Notes: generated by a model from the letters alone, not told the origin. DNA of 57,083 nucleotides, filler included, from Platydemus manokwari (GCA_037951405.1; 5 parts of 5 records of this genome joined end to end with filler, not necessarily neighbours in it); one strand, 5' to 3'. Positions 1 to 15,060 are shown, counted from the first letter of the whole stretch. Program-made: numbers and translations.

Positions 1-132
1 TGAAATATTTTGACAATTAATTATCGCCGGTAAATCAGCATTTAATATGATTGTGAAATTTATTACCATTTTTAAATTTGGTTTTGAAATGTTGAAATGA
101 CTTATACTACTTTCATAATCAAGGGTTCAATT
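1..132. mobile_element. Right half of a MITE, truncated by the window edge; same family as 35024-35267
   Basis: 1-132 aligns by eye to about 35130-35267 and includes the right TIR core ATGACTTATACTACTTTCATAATCA (97-121). Confidence 0.8.
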
Positions 133-273
133 AATGATTAATAATAGCTTTTAAAGAAAACTTTAATAGCCTACCAAGTAATTAAATAATAAAAATTAAT
201 AATAAGAAGTTAGAACTTGTTTAAATAATAAATTTAGAACTTCATTTTAAACTTTCATCATAAATTTCGTCAT

Positions 274-3200
274 ATGAACAGAAAAGGTACAGCTAAGCTT
301 AATGCTATTAAGACTATCGAAACTAACAAGCAGAAAGAATGGGAGGAAATGCGATTTTTTGAAGCCTCGCCAGACTATACTTCAGAAGAAAAGTAAATTA
401 TTTTTTTTATTTACAATTAATAAGTTATCTATTTAGAAATAAGCATTTTGTTACATTTCCATATCCTTACATGAATGGCGCACTGCATCTAGGTCATGCA
501 TTTTCATTGTCAAAATGTGAATTTTCTATGGGATATGAACGTTTGAAAGGTAAAAATACATTGTGGGGTTTTGGTTTGCATTGTACTGGTATGCCAATAA
601 AGTCAAGTGCTGATAAGTTAAAACGTGAAATGGACTCATTTGGTTATCCACCAGTGTTTCCTGAAACCGAGATTGTTATTAAAGAAGAAGAAAAATCGGA
701 TGTTATTGTTGATAAAGCTAAAGGGAAAAAAAGTAAAGCTGTCGCGAAATCAGGTGGATTCAAATACCAATGGCAAATTATGCGAAATAATGGAATGGCT
801 GATGAAGACATAAAAAAATTTACATCAACAAGTCATTGGATAGAATATTATCCTCCATTGACTATTCAGCATATGAAAAGAATGGGCATCAAAGCAGATT
901 GGCGAAGATCATTTATTACAACTGATGTGAATCCATTTTATGATTCCTTCGTAAGATGGCAATTTCTAAAATTGAAAAAGTCTAATAAAATTATGTTCGG
1001 TAAAAGGCAGACAATTTTCTCACCACTTGATAATCAACCATGTATGGATCATGATAGAAGCACTGGAGAAGGTGTAGGACCACAAGAATATACTTTGATA
1101 AAGATGGAACTTCAAAAACCTTATCCAAGCTGCTTAGATAATATTGATAGTAAAGTGTTTTTAGTTGCCGCTACTCTTCGACCGGAAACGATGTACGGGC
1201 AAACAAATTGCTGGATACACCCCGACATTGAATATGTGGCTGTTCAGAGTAATACTCATGGTGTATTGATTTGTGTTGAAAGGGCAGCTAGAAATATGGC
1301 TTATCAAGAGATTCTCACTGGTAAACAAGGAGAAGTGATAATTTTAAAAAGAATAAAAGGATTAGAATTGTTGGGATGTGCCTTGATAGGTCCGATGACA
1401 TCTTATAAAACCATATATGCTTTACCAATGCTGACAATTAAGCAAAACAAGGGAACTGGTATAGTAACCAGTGTACCCAGTGATTCTCCCGATGATTTTG
1501 CCGCTTTAAGAGATTTAAAAAAGAAAGAAGCTCTGAGAAAGAAATATAACATTCTTGACGAACAAGTAATGCCATTTGAACCGGTTGAGATTATTGAAAT
1601 TCCAGAATACGGTACTCTCTGTGCACCGCGCTGTGTTGAAGAAATGAAAATCCAGAGCCAAAATGATACCGATAAACTGTTGGAAGCGAAAGAAAAATGT
1701 TACAAATTAGGATTTTATAGTGGCAAAATGATGGTGGGAAAATATGCAACATTGCCTGTTCAGAAAGCCAAAGAATTGATTCAATCCGAATTGATCGAAT
1801 CAGGAGACGCAATAAAATATTCGGAGCCCGAGAAACAGGTTATTTCCCGTAGTGGTGATGAATGTGTGGTGGCATTGTGTGATCAATGGTATTTGAATTA
1901 CAAAGACAAAGAATGGAAGAAAATCACCAAGAAATGCTTAGATCAAGTCAATACGTTTTCGGATGAAGTGCGAAGAAATTTCGAAGCGACATTGGAAAAT
2001 CTTCATGAATACGCTTGTTCCAGATCGTACGGTTTGGGAACGAGAATTCCTTGGGATGAACAGTATCTCGTTGAATCATTGTCAGATTCGACCATTTATA
2101 TGGCCTATTATACCGTTGCACACTTGCTCCAAGGAAGCAGTCTCCGTGGTAACGATACAGACAATATATCTGGCATTAAAGCATCAGAAATGAATACTGA
2201 TGCTTGGGAATATGTGCTTGGCGATTCATCACTTGCACTGAATCTCTCTGATGATCTCAAGAAGAAATTGGATGTTTTACGCAAGGAATTCCTATATTGG
2301 TATCCAGTTGATTTGCGTGTCAGTGGTAAAGATCTCGTACCGAATCATTTGACATATTATCTCTACAATCACTGTGCCATCTGGCCAGAAAATGCTACTC
2401 AATATTGGCCACAAAATATCCGAGCCAATGGACATTTGCTGTTGAATAATGAGAAAATGTCCAAATCAACCGGAAATTTCTTGACCGTTATCGACGCTAT
2501 TGATAAATATTCCGCTGATGGTATGAGAATGGCCATTGCTGATTCTGGAGATACGATTGAAGATGCCAATTTTGTCGAGGATATGGCTGATGCTGGTCTG
2601 CTTAAATTGTATTCATTCATGGAATGGGTGAAAGAAATCGTTGACATGAAAAATAATCTACGCACCGGTCCATTGGCATTACATAGTGATTTCATTTTTA
2701 ATAATGCAATCAACCGAACGATTATCGATTCTGATATCCAGTATAAAGATATGATGTTCAAGCGCGTTGTTCAAATTGCATTCCATGAATTCCAATCGAT
2801 TCGAGATCGATATCGAGAAACATGTATGGGCAATTACCATGCCGATCTCATATTTCGATTCATTGAAACACAATGTATTTTACTGTCACCGATTTGTCCA
2901 CACATTATGGATTATATATGGACGGATATATTGAAAAAGAAGAAATCCATTTTGCAAGAATCATGGCCCATTGCACAACCCATCGATGTGAAACTGTCCA
3001 CGGAAGAATTATATTTGGACACCATTTCCCATGAATTCAGAAAACAATCATTACAGAAACCGAAATTCAAATCCGAACCCCACAATGCTGCTATCATATG
3101 GGTAGCGAAAAGTTATCCCGGTTGGCAAATGACAATTCTCGACACATTGATTGAATTGTCGGAGAATGGGAAATTGCCCGATAATAAATTGGTCAATCAG

Positions 3201-3885
3201 AAATTAGGCCAAATTCCCGAATTGAAGAAACGAATGAAGAAAGCCATGGATCTCATTCAGATGATTCGCTTGAAAACCGATGAGAAATCGGAAAACGTTT
3301 CCAAAATGAAATCACCAGAAATCGATGAGAAATCCGTTATTGAAAAGAATATCGCATATATGGAGAAGACATTGAATTTAGAGATGGGAAATTTGGAAAT
3401 CAAATATTCCGACGAATGTCAAGACGAGAAATTGTTCGATTCGTGTTGTCCAATGGAACCGAAAATAATGCTGATCAATAAGGTCCAGGATAGATCCAAC
3501 TTTCAAATGATTACGGCTGTGAATCCAGATTTGTTTTCCGGTTTAATTAGTCAAGAAATCCAGGTTTATGATGGTGATTCATTTACGACAATCGCTCGTC
3601 GAATTGCTGAAAAATCTTGTGTGGAAGGTTTGTAAAATGATTTTGATTAATATTGATTTTGTTTCAATTCTCGTTTTCATTATAGATTTCTCAAAAATCG
3701 ATCTCTACCGTTTTGTGGACATTAAAACCGGATTGAGCACGATTCCGAATGCCAATAACAAATTCGCTAATCTGGTGGCCATTGATAGGAATGGGAAATT
3801 TACTTTGACGATCAATGGTGTCCAATTATCACATGGTGATGTCAATGTCGATATTGGGGGCAAGATTAAATATCTTGTTCGATAA
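274..3885 (+). CDS. LARS1: Cytoplasmic leucyl-tRNA synthetase; join(274..392,437..3627,3686..3885), about 1169 aa
   Basis: Motifs [14 protein letters not shown] (HIGH), CP1 editing domain ([28 protein letters not shown]) and [13 protein letters not shown] introns 393-436 (44 nt) and 3628-3685 (58 nt) join exon 1 (MNRKGTAKL...) and the last exon in frame. Confidence 0.97.
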
Positions 3886-3934
3886 TTTGTTTTCGAAATA
3901 ATCAATTTTAAAATTGTTTTTTCTTTATTGGTTT

Positions 3935-3952
3935 TGTGTGTGTGTGTGTGTG
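3935..3952. repeat. (TG)9 microsatellite just downstream of the LARS stop
   Basis: Seen directly. Confidence 0.95.
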
Positions 3953-4503
3953 AGTCGCGTGGTGCTCATCATCGATAGCAGTTTTTTGTTCTGATGTGTA
4001 GCTTTATTTTTTGTTGGATTATTTTTCTGTAGATTTTGATGGATTATTTTTGAATGGTTTTTGATTATTTGAGCTCATATTTTATGAATAAGTGTGATCA
4101 AAATATTGTTTGCAATCCGTACACCGATGAGTTTTTTTTAACTGTTACGAGATTTGATGATTAGCGGTTTGCTTTTTTGTGCTCAATTGTTATTTCTAAA
4201 CATGATTTTGGTCATTATTTTAATTGTAATACATATTAATTTGGGTTGTCATTTATTCATTTTTGATTAATATTGATTTAATTAAAAAATAACTGAGTAA
4301 TTATATATCTAAAAGCTATCGAATTCTTTGAAAATTTACAATATTTTTTAAAAATGTTTGCGTAAGTGGTTAATAATATTGGAAAACTACTCCAAAGAAT
4401 AATATTTGGGAATAATGAAAAATTGTTGGATAAAAAAGTCCAAGGAATTCATTACTAGTATTGATCTCGAAAATATATGTTACTAGAGATATGGAAATTC
4501 AAT

Positions 4504-5023
4504 TGTTGGGTATTAACTAATAATGAAATATGAAAAATATAATTTGAACTACAGAATCACAATTTCGTCTCGTCAACAGGTACAATCAATATTGTATCAC
4601 CATACAATAGTAAATTATCACTAAAGACGGAATTAGCACCCCTCAGAAAGACTGGCTGTTGAAAAAATCACACAAGTCAAAGAACATAATGAAGGTTAAC
4701 CACCAAAAAGTTGCTCATGGAATTCAACCTCTTTTATAGGTCTCTTGTGTGTATCCGTTTGGTGTCCCGGAGCTTCGTTTTTCTTTTATTGAATATGTTC
4801 ATATATGCGTAGGTTAGTAATTTTTCTTACATCTCTCGTGCCATTGGTGAATATCGGTGTTTGTTACCATTTGTTGGTATGTCGATTGTTAACTTCTAAT
4901 TCGGATTTTATATTAAAGTGAATGTGATTGGTTATTGGCAAGTGCGTTTATTGAGTTTATGTGTATAAACCCATAAAGGGTTATTTCCGTGAATATTTTG
5001 GCTGTTTTACGACCTACCCAACA
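4504..5023 (-). mobile_element. Probable solo LTR (about 520 bp)
   Basis: 9-bp inverted termini TGTTGGGTA...TACCCAACA; TATAAAAG on the minus strand near 4732-4739; higher GC than flanks; TSD not convincing. Confidence 0.5.
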
Positions 5024-7071
5024 AAAATCTTGATATATGGAAAATCTGAATAGTTCTAATTTATTAAATCTTTAATCGACTCTCCATTTCGTTAATAATT
5101 CAAATTTTTTACCATTTCTAATTTTAATAATTTGTTTAAATTTAGATCTATCAACCGTTTATGTACGCTGCTCGGAATTTCAAATATATTGAAAATAAAT
5201 TAATAGTGTGGGAAATATATTCATTACTGTAATATGTATTTTTATTTATTTACTTAAATTACCCAATGATATTTATTTTATTAGAATTTTATTTCAAATT
5301 TATTTAATTATCCTAAATAATTTTACTGTTCAAAATCATTTTATTTAATTTAATTATACCTATTATTCATAACCTATGTTAATTACTTGGAGGAGTCCCA
5401 AAATCAATAATTCCATTCCAATTATTTAATCACAGATATCTAGTTTGTAAACTACAATTATTGCTTTTGGGTTTGAGTTGTTGTTGCTTATTGTATATTT
5501 TAATATTTTTGTGGAGTCCATAGCCAATAATGTGAGGCACATCTCGATAAATAAATAAACAAATAAGTATATACGATTGTTTTTTTAATATGATCGTAGC
5601 AATAGGGAATAGACAATGAAAATGTATGTAAAGGCATACTGATGCACTAATTAAGTATATGGAGTAAAAAAATTTCAGATATCAATAAATAAATAAAAAC
5701 ATAAAACAGTATTTTAATTAAGAAAATTAAAAAAAGTAAAATATAAATTTGTAAAAATTAATTAAAAATAAAATAAAACGAAAAAATAACTCGGAAAATT
5801 TTTTTGTTTTCACTTTGTTTAAACGACTTCAAGATCATCAAGAAAATATCTAAAGGACAAATTTTTTTTTTAAAAAAAACCCTACTTGTAGTAATAATAT
5901 CATTACTAAAAATGGTACAACCAATTTTGGTAACAAACGACCGTAAAACAGTAGGTTGTTGCCAAATTTCATAACTAACGTATTAAGAGTTACTAAAATT
6001 GGACACAAAAGCTAACCGCATAATTTTACACACCAACAAGATATGTGCCTTCAAACCTGATATATAAACACAGTACCATGTGACAATTTGGCTCTTAAAG
6101 TTTCAAGGTTGCATAATTACGAAAATTTTTGTGTAACGTTCGAAGGAACTGTCAGGCATTATTATTAGATTACAAGAAGATGATTCAATTATATTTTTCA
6201 ATTATATTTTCTGAATAATATTACAAAACGATGGAAAGTAAAATTTATTTTTATAAATCAGTCACAGCTATTTTTATGGCTGTTGATCTAAATTGTTTTT
6301 GGAACGATTTGGAGAAATAAGTTTGAATAAAATAATATATTGAATATTTATATTACTGTCGGGAATATACCCATGCAGGCTGCAAGCCTTATAATATAAT
6401 ACTCATAATAATAAATGATAATAATAATCGCAAATATAAACCCATATTAATTAAAATGTAGGCGTGTGGGTGAAATTGAATTTTTGAAAAATGTTTATTA
6501 ATCCATGTTGCCATGGCATAAATGAGCGTAGTCAGAGAAATTCAAAAATAAATTCAAATTGCCATGACAACGGCGGATATTGCCAAGGGAATCAGAAAAT
6601 TAAATATAAAATTAATCATGCGCTCAAATTTCAAATCACTCTAAATACTGAAGTAAAATCCAGTATTTTCGCCACAAACTCAACAAATTCTACACGAATT
6701 ACCGTTCTAGTGCGATTTCGAATTCAAAATTGGGCGAACCAGACATTGCAATCTGGTATTTATCTACACTATATGGTCATTTCACAATGGTAAAGTTTAA
6801 TTGTTATACTAATCAACTGATATCATTCTCCGAAAGGAGATTTGTTGTCAATCACTAATAATGTATTTTATCATATTTTTATTGTTCTCAATATATATAC
6901 TTTATACACGCAACCTAATTAATCTGTGAAGTTTCAGATATTGGTGAAAACATCAATCTCTAACTCACGGTCTCACATGGCATAATAAAGTAAATAATCG
7001 ATTTAGAACTCATTGAATTAATTCATCACCAAAGAACCCGACTCAACCGGTTTCCATCAATACTTATTATC

Positions 7072-8132
7072 CTTAAATATTTAAAATAATAATACCCGAA
7101 AAACCCCAATAAAGAAAAACTCATTAAAATAAATTTATTTATAAAATAACAACTCATAATATATTATCGTCCAATAACACCGACAGATACTTTCCATCCT
7201 ATTAATAAAGGCTTATTAATAATAAATCTTATTAATATATCTTATTAATAATAAATCACAATAAATAAAGGCAGTAAATAAAATATTCAGTCCGAAAGAA
7301 TTTCTTTCAGTATAACAAAGAGAATTTTTCTCTGTGATAAATAAATTACAGCGAGATTCATGGCATTAAATTTAATTGCAAAAAAGCAGCAGACACAACG
7401 ACCACTGCCACATTGACATATTATTGGAGATATAGTTACACATCACCACAATTGTTATACACGGAGATAGGTCTCGTGTTTTTTTGCAATCGAGATTAGC
7501 ACGAAAGAAGACTATTCGGTGTCGAAGATGAGGATTCCCATTATGCCTAGTAGTTTACTGGAAGACCATACTGTCAGATACATTTGTATAAAATGCTGAT
7601 CTATATTATATATTATGTCGTTTATTTCTTATTATCGAACCGTGTCTCAAATTATTGAGGTAACTCATCTTGCTCCAAGATTGCGCTGTCTATTTACCGT
7701 CACTTATTCCTAAAATTTGTTGAGATCCGTTATGATGTTTGATGTATAGTTTAGCATTCAAATTAACTTGTAATGTTTGTTATATTTAGTTGTCTATTTG
7801 TATCGTCGTTATTTAATGATAAAAATTTGTAATAACAATCTTTAGTTATTGATTAAGTAGGGATCATAGATCATAGTTAGCTATCATAGGTGTCAGCAAC
7901 TTTAGGAGCTTAATAAGGTGCATAAACTGGGCCTGGTAGGTAAGATATATCAGTGTTGTCACACCTATTGTCTTCACACAATAAGATAGTGCAAGTGGAA
8001 GATTAGATTAAACAAGGTATTTTACACAGGTGGCCTTAATCAAGAGCTCATTGAGACTGATTAAGACAATAGAGATATCCAACTGAAATAAGATTAATAA
8101 AACAATAAAATCAATAAGACCCGAACGTAACA
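7072..8132 (+). repeat. Interspersed repeat, LTR-like (family A, copy 1)
   Basis: Blocks shared with 46492-47006 (GAAAAACCCCA..., TCTTCACACAATA, GTGGCCTTAATCAAGAGCT...GAGACTGATTAAG); ends ...GTAACA. Confidence 0.7.
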
Positions 8133-11100
8133 AAATAATTAAAAAAATTATAAATAAATATTCTTGGAAAATTCTAAGAAAATCATTAATAATTTACTTG
8201 AATAAAAAAATTAAAAAATAATAGAATATTCTAGAAATTTTTTTTAATTGAATCAATTTAATAATCTGTGCGGGAACATTATATAAGTGCCCATTCTTGG
8301 GAACAACTGACAGTTTGAATTCGAGTTCATGCCATTATTAATGATTTATTGACTATTTTGTTGAGTTTTAGAGTCATTTGTGTACGTACCGATCAATACG
8401 ATTTTGTGATTTATAATTTGCAATCTTCAATTCATCTGTTGTCAACGGTTTTGTAAATTTTGATATTTTTAATTATCATTTTCGATTCAATCGTGAATTT
8501 TCATTTCGTCGTATAATAATATTTATAATTTATTTAAATTATTGAAAAACCATTGTGTTCCAAATCATTTGAATATACTTTGCACTTTGTTCGTGGGTTA
8601 TTAGATTTATTTGATTGATTTGATTATAAATAAATATCGAAACTTTATATTTATCTGTAATTTTATCTATTTTTCAAATATTATTGATTCAATTAAAGAT
8701 GAACACTTCCTATATTTCTAAAACTTTTGGAATCAGACTCAAAAAAGTTAAGTTTAACAAATAATTTGTTGATCCCTTGCCGAACATTAAGTTACAATCT
8801 GATCAGTGGCTAAACATTTTTCAGATTTATTGTTATATAAGAAATAATATGACTTAAATGAAGTGCACTAGTCTCCTTAAAAAACACAACACTATTTTTG
8901 TCGATAAAAGACATTATTGTTGATTGAAAAAAATAATATCAAACTGAACATCTTCGATACTTTAAAATGACTTTTAACCTTCGGATACTTAAACAAAAAC
9001 AAGTGCCCAGTGATATACTTATTAAAAATTGTCAATTCAAGGGTATTTATACTCAATTTTAATTGACCGTTTTTATAGCTTTAGTAACTTGCTGTGAAAC
9101 CTGATTCATTTGAAGCCTGGCAATAGAAATCTAAACCTTTTAAAGTAACAGTTAACCATCGATATTAGCTGGATATCACTAATATAATTATTGATTTATT
9201 TGTGTATATAATTATTTTATAGCTAAATATTTTAAACATTATTTTAAGTTTCATAAGAATTTTATGTGATTATTACTAATCATTTTCGCTTTTTACTTAT
9301 TCTCCGTGATCAGTTTATTATCACTTATTCCATATGCATATAGAAGAGCATTAAAAATTTGTTTTGAAATAATTTCTAGATTCGTAGAATATTTAATTTC
9401 TTTTTTTTCGTGTCCGGAAGGTCATTGAATTATTCGAGCAGCCTTTGAATTGTGGTGGTAGCCTTTAGGTTATTGACTAGGTTTATTCATTATAATTTAT
9501 AGTACTCTATAGTTTCATTGCTCTATTCCGTCTTCATGATTCATCTAATTTTGATTTATAAATCTTTCATTCATAACCTCTGAATTTTGAAGTATGAAAC
9601 TAATGATATCTCATTTCAAAGATTATGGTGAAAAGCCTAAGCCTTTTGCTAGAGTAATCTAAGAAATCTCTTTTATACTATATTGAAGTAATTCATAAGC
9701 CTAATTTCATAGTTGATTGTTATTCAATTTCTTCCTATCTTAGTGGAGTTTCATGAAAAAAGCTTTCGATGAATTAATAAAAGTTTTTACATTTTAGAAT
9801 TATTGCAATATAAAAATAATATAGTTATACTCTTATTTACTAAAATAAAAAGATAATTTATTATTTTAGTAAATAGTTGCAACGATTTGAATTATTTCTG
9901 ATATGTTTATTAATATATTCTTTGTAATAATTATTTTTTTTTCAAATTAAATAACCCATTGCATATTTTATTTATGATAAATCGTTGTTTGAATTTATTT
10001 GAAACTAATTCGTAATTATCGAGGATTATTCTTGGTCAATCAATTTGGTTGTATAACAGATATTATGCTGATTATTTATCCCTTTACTAGCTTTTAAATA
10101 ATTAAATAATATTTTTCAATTGTCCATATCTATAACAATTTACTTTTTTTTTTACAGAGAATAAAGTACACACACTGTATATCAGACAAGGGATATTTCT
10201 AAAACTAACCAATATTAACTGGATATTAATGAAACAACTGTTGTTTTATTTTATATACATAAGATTTTTCATTGGAAATCTCAAATATATAAATATTTTT
10301 AATGGTATTTTTATTAAAACAATTTAGTTTTCAATTTATCAAACGTTTTTAAAATTTATTTTAACTGAAACATTTTTATTGAAAAAGATCAAAGCAAAAG
10401 AGTTCAATATTTATAAAATTCAATTACTATATTGTTTACAAATCATTGATAATCTGAATTATACTGTTATTGGTTTCATTATTTAAAATAAATAGCATGT
10501 GGTTAAATAAATACTAAACGAATTTTATTAAATATAGTTATTATGAACAATGTATTCGATATTTTAGGTTAACAAAATTTATCTATTTATTCTTAACATT
10601 ATTTTTGAATTGTCTTCAATTAACTTAATTATTAAGAATAATTATCATAATAATTGTAGAATATCACTAGCACTGAGCAATAAATATAAATTTGAAATGG
10701 TTTGAACAATTTCTGGTGTAATATTTGTGTTGTATTCTTTATTCATTAATGATATTCATTTCAGTTCCGTGGAATTTTCTAATTCATATACAATTTGGTA
10801 TAAGCGGTGTGATTTAAAATCATGTTGCATTCAACATAATATTTTCATAACATCCATGTGTAATATCGAACAAATGACAAAGGGATGCAAATTATCAAAA
10901 TCAAAAATCAATACAAGTGAACGAATAATTATGTCGACAATAAACAGCTTGTCGATCAAAAATAAATAAGTCAATTTGAACGAGAATGATTAATTGACCT
11001 CGTCGACTTAGTGAATGATCTGTGGGGATCAAATAAACCAATATTTGTGTAAAATATATGCTAATGAAAATAAATCAAACCGAATTTCATAAAATTCTAA

Positions 11101-11679
11101 AGATTGAAAGCAATGAAAGAAAAATTAGTATAAATGATTATAGTTAAGGGTAACATCACTTGTGACCTGCCACGGTTAGTTCAACATTTATTTAAACAAA
11201 CACCGATTGTCACCTGCTGAGCTTTAAATTCAAATTAATTACTGATTATAGCTTTCAAATTCAATGTAAAGTGCAACTGCTTAACGAGACTCCATTCAGA
11301 AAGATTTCAGTGGTAATTATTTTGAAGAACTATTTTTTAACAATTCCCTTCTAGCTAGAAGACATAAATTAATTTTGAAGTTGATTATTGGATAATTATT
11401 TTTTTGGTTGTATTTCTGAGCAAAATTTATAACACCAGCAAATTGACAAGTAGTTAAACAAGTGGTAAATTAATCAATAAATTATAATCAGTGAAGGTAA
11501 AAAGTAAAAAACAGATATAAATGTAATAGAATTTAAGAATATATCACAATAGAATAAAAAGACAATTAATTATAATTATAAATAATAGAGAATTACCACG
11601 AATAAAATAAGATTCTCGTCAGAGTTATAAATGTAAAAATAACTGGTGATTAGAAATGATGAGATAATTTTAAAGGATA

Positions 11680-12080
11680 TGTTACTAAAAAGGACAATAA
11701 TAGTTATATGCGATAAACCGAATTCGAAAATAGCACATTCAATTTATAAATAGCAAAATTCATGTCGAATACGAACGCAGAATGGAATGCACACAGAAGG
11801 AATGTGAGAGTAAAATTTGTATAAATAAAAAGCGAAGTTCTTTGTTTCTATTATGGTAAATAAAAAGTAACTGATTCTGTAATACATTTTTATTAAATGT
11901 ATTCTTAGGCTTTCTTCGATTGTGCAGCAAATTTAGTGAAGAAACAATCGTGTAATTTTCTCTTGATTTTTGTGTTTTAATTTTTAAGTTTTACTTTGAT
12001 TAACGTTTTCGTTTTCGTTTCATTTTATTTCATCTATCTTATCATAGCGGTGATTCGCTCATGTGTAGAGGGTTATTACA
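11680..12080. mobile_element. Possible solo LTR
   Basis: TGTTA...TTACA ends with internal TATAAATA and AATAAA; no TSD and no second copy. Confidence 0.25.
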
Positions 12081-12797
12081 TATTTATATTTTGTATTTTA
12101 ATTAAATAGTTAATCTCCACATCGCATCAAGTTCGATTAAGTGACATAGTATATAAGAACATGTGAACTCATCGGCTATTAATTTTAATTCTTTATTATT
12201 TCTATGAGCACTAGGATAGCATGTGCTGGGTTTCTGTGGTTTGAACTGTCACACAGTGTTGTTGATTAACCCAACAGATGTGTTCGAAAACAAAAGTCAA
12301 TTAAAGATTCTCTTGAAAAATTATTCTCATCGCTGAAATCAAGAGACTCATTAATTTTGAAAATACATTTTTAATTCAGCCCAGTTTACACAAACGCCTA
12401 CTTTCACAAAATCCGATTGTTGATGGGTGCCAACAGCCTCAATTGCTATTGCGATCCGTATATTAGAACACTACGTTCGATTAATAATAATTTATTAAAA
12501 CTGTTGACAAAATAACAAAGATATTAGCAAAATGTATGAGCCACTCGGAGAATCCCTGAAAAAGAAACCAAATGGGGGGGGACTAAAAATTCCGTTGTAA
12601 TTAAATAATTAACTAATATCGCCGATGGTCCGGAAGTGCAATTTTGTAATAATTATTGTTATAATGATTGTATTAACATTGGCTTGAATTTTCTGAATTT
12701 GCATTGACCATTTTAATCAGAATTCTGGTTACTATTATACTGTTGGATACACATATGTATCCATAGTAACATATATATTAATAATCATAGAAAAATA

Positions 12798-12798
12798 C

Positions 12799-12832
<34 letters not shown>
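12798..12832. repeat. (AAT)n microsatellite
   Basis: Seen directly. Confidence 0.9.
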
Positions 12833-12834
<2 letters not shown>

Positions 12835-14893
12835 TGATATATAAATACAAATTAAACATGGTAATATATATTCATTCGCAGCCATATTTCCAATTAGCGC
12901 ACATCGGATTTACTTTATCGAAGTCTATTGAAATTTATTGCTCGAGATTTTTATATTCTTAATTCAATATCATAATGGTAATTGTTTATTCATACATTAT
13001 TGATTTCATTTCATCAATCCCGATAGAAGATTAGTTGAAACTATAAATTATACCACTCCACAAAGTCGAAATCAAATTTGTTGGAGCCTAAAATCAGCTC
13101 TTCTTTGGTTTATATTCGGTAGTAGGGAGACAAGTAGACCCTCCGCCGATTGTATAAAAACTCTTCAGGTCATAAGACGATATCTTTTAAACTCACATTG
13201 TATATTCTTGGTATATTATAAATATAAGTATTATATCATTCATATTTCCTACTTATTAGTAACACGCACCTAATTTTCTGTTAAGAGTCTGATACTTAAT
13301 GGAAACATCAATTATCAGCTTTTAACCAACATTCAACAACTATCAGTTTAAATAATAGAGAATAACTTGTTGATTTAAATCTGAGTTCATCACCTCGTTG
13401 ATTTCCATCACTACGAATATAAATCACTGTTAGATTAGGTTTTAAAATTGATTTAGATAATGCTCAGCTGTTGGTATGCATTGTTGTATAATGATACGTA
13501 ATATCATTTGGGTCCTCATCAATATAATTTTAGCTTTATTAATCTTATAATTTTCTCATTTCAAAACCAATAAAAAAAATTTTATCTTTGATGTGACGAT
13601 TTTGAAATTTTTCAATAATTTTTTCGACCTTTTATTATTATTATTATTAACCTATTTTATCCACTATAAACATCTGTTACGTTTTGGGGTCACTTTCTTT
13701 TTATTCTTTATTATTATTCTTCTTATTTGATCGAAATCTACGGTTTATCAGTACTCTGAGTCCGTCTTGAACCTCAGGTAGTAATTTGACCTTATGTGTT
13801 TTGATGTTTATTCGCCTCGACGATCGCGACTTAAATGAAAATAAGCGGATCGGCGTAGAAATCGATATGATTATTTTATCCTTATCTCTTGCTTCTATTA
13901 TCGTCTCCTCACTCTTATTATCAATCTCTTTATTCAATTTATTTAACAAAACTATTCCCAAAATCGGTTGTGAATGATAATGATTCATATGTATTATGAA
14001 CTTGTGATGTCCTATGCCAACTGGCAATTCAAAAATCAACTCAAAATCCGGGTTACGAATGTTTATTATTAATTACAATTATACACCAAATTATGAATTA
14101 CTACTTTTATACAATTAGGACAATAAATTACTTCTTATATGACAATTATATGCAATTATAAATAATGAATATACATTACTATGATATACAATAATTTTAT
14201 ACAACTACTTTTATACACTCAAACGGAGGAATTAAATTCAATGTGCAATTCAATGGAAGCAGTTTAGTGGTTTCTTCAAATAATGTTTGACTGCATTATA
14301 TACGATTCAATGGACAATAGGAAATTATTCGGATAGAATAAAATGTGCGGGTTTTATTTCCAGTTTAATTGTGACGAGTTCTCACAATACGAAAGAATTA
14401 TTTGGATACTGTGTGGGTTTTATTGTTGAAGGTTATTTAAAATGCGGGTAAGTTTGGGGAAAATATGGGGGTTTTATAATTAATATTTTTGGTCACTACG
14501 CAGAAATAAGAAATTATTAACTTATTTTTATTCTAATTAATTTATTTTTATCCGAAATTAACTTGAAATTCTATTAAAATTAAACTAAAATATCATAAAT
14601 TAAAATCATATTTTAACTATGATAAAAGATTTTTATCCAAAATTCTAAACTATTCGAAATTCTAATTTAATTTAATTATTACTATTATTATTATTATTAT
14701 TATCGACGAAGAATACTAAATTATTTTAAAATTAAGGGTTATTTTATTTTTCTGCTTCAACTTATACTTATTGAAGAAAAGAATAACAATTGCACATTGA
14801 AGATAATATTTACAATTGTGATAAAGATTAGTAAATATTAATATTTATTAATTCAAAAGATTGTACAAATATATAGTATTTAAACAAATACAT

Positions 14894-14993
14894 NNNNNNN
14901 NNNNNNNNNNNNNNNNNNNNNNNNNNNNNNNNNNNNNTTAATTAATTAANNNNNNNNNNNNNNNNNNNNNNNNNNNNNNNNNNNNNNNNNNNN
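14894..14993. other. Assembly gap with TTAATTAATTAA linker
   Basis: 44 N + TTAATTAATTAA + 44 N, identical at four sites. Confidence 0.98.
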
Positions 14994-14994
14994 A

Positions 14995-15003
14995 TTAATA
15001 ATA

Positions 15004-15060
<57 letters not shown>
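14995..15060. repeat. (AAT)n microsatellite at a contig end
   Basis: Seen directly; explains the poly-Ile ORF 14946..15155. Confidence 0.95.

Noticed and set aside
625-3905. Small ORFs overlapping LARS on either strand
   Set aside because: Shadow ORFs of a long coding exon; 3568..3885 is LARS exon 3 read through the intron
13592-14600. ORFs 13701..14039 and 13786..13977; possible LTR starting TGTGACG
   Set aside because: No protein motifs; LTR-like composition, but no matching end, TSD or second copy found
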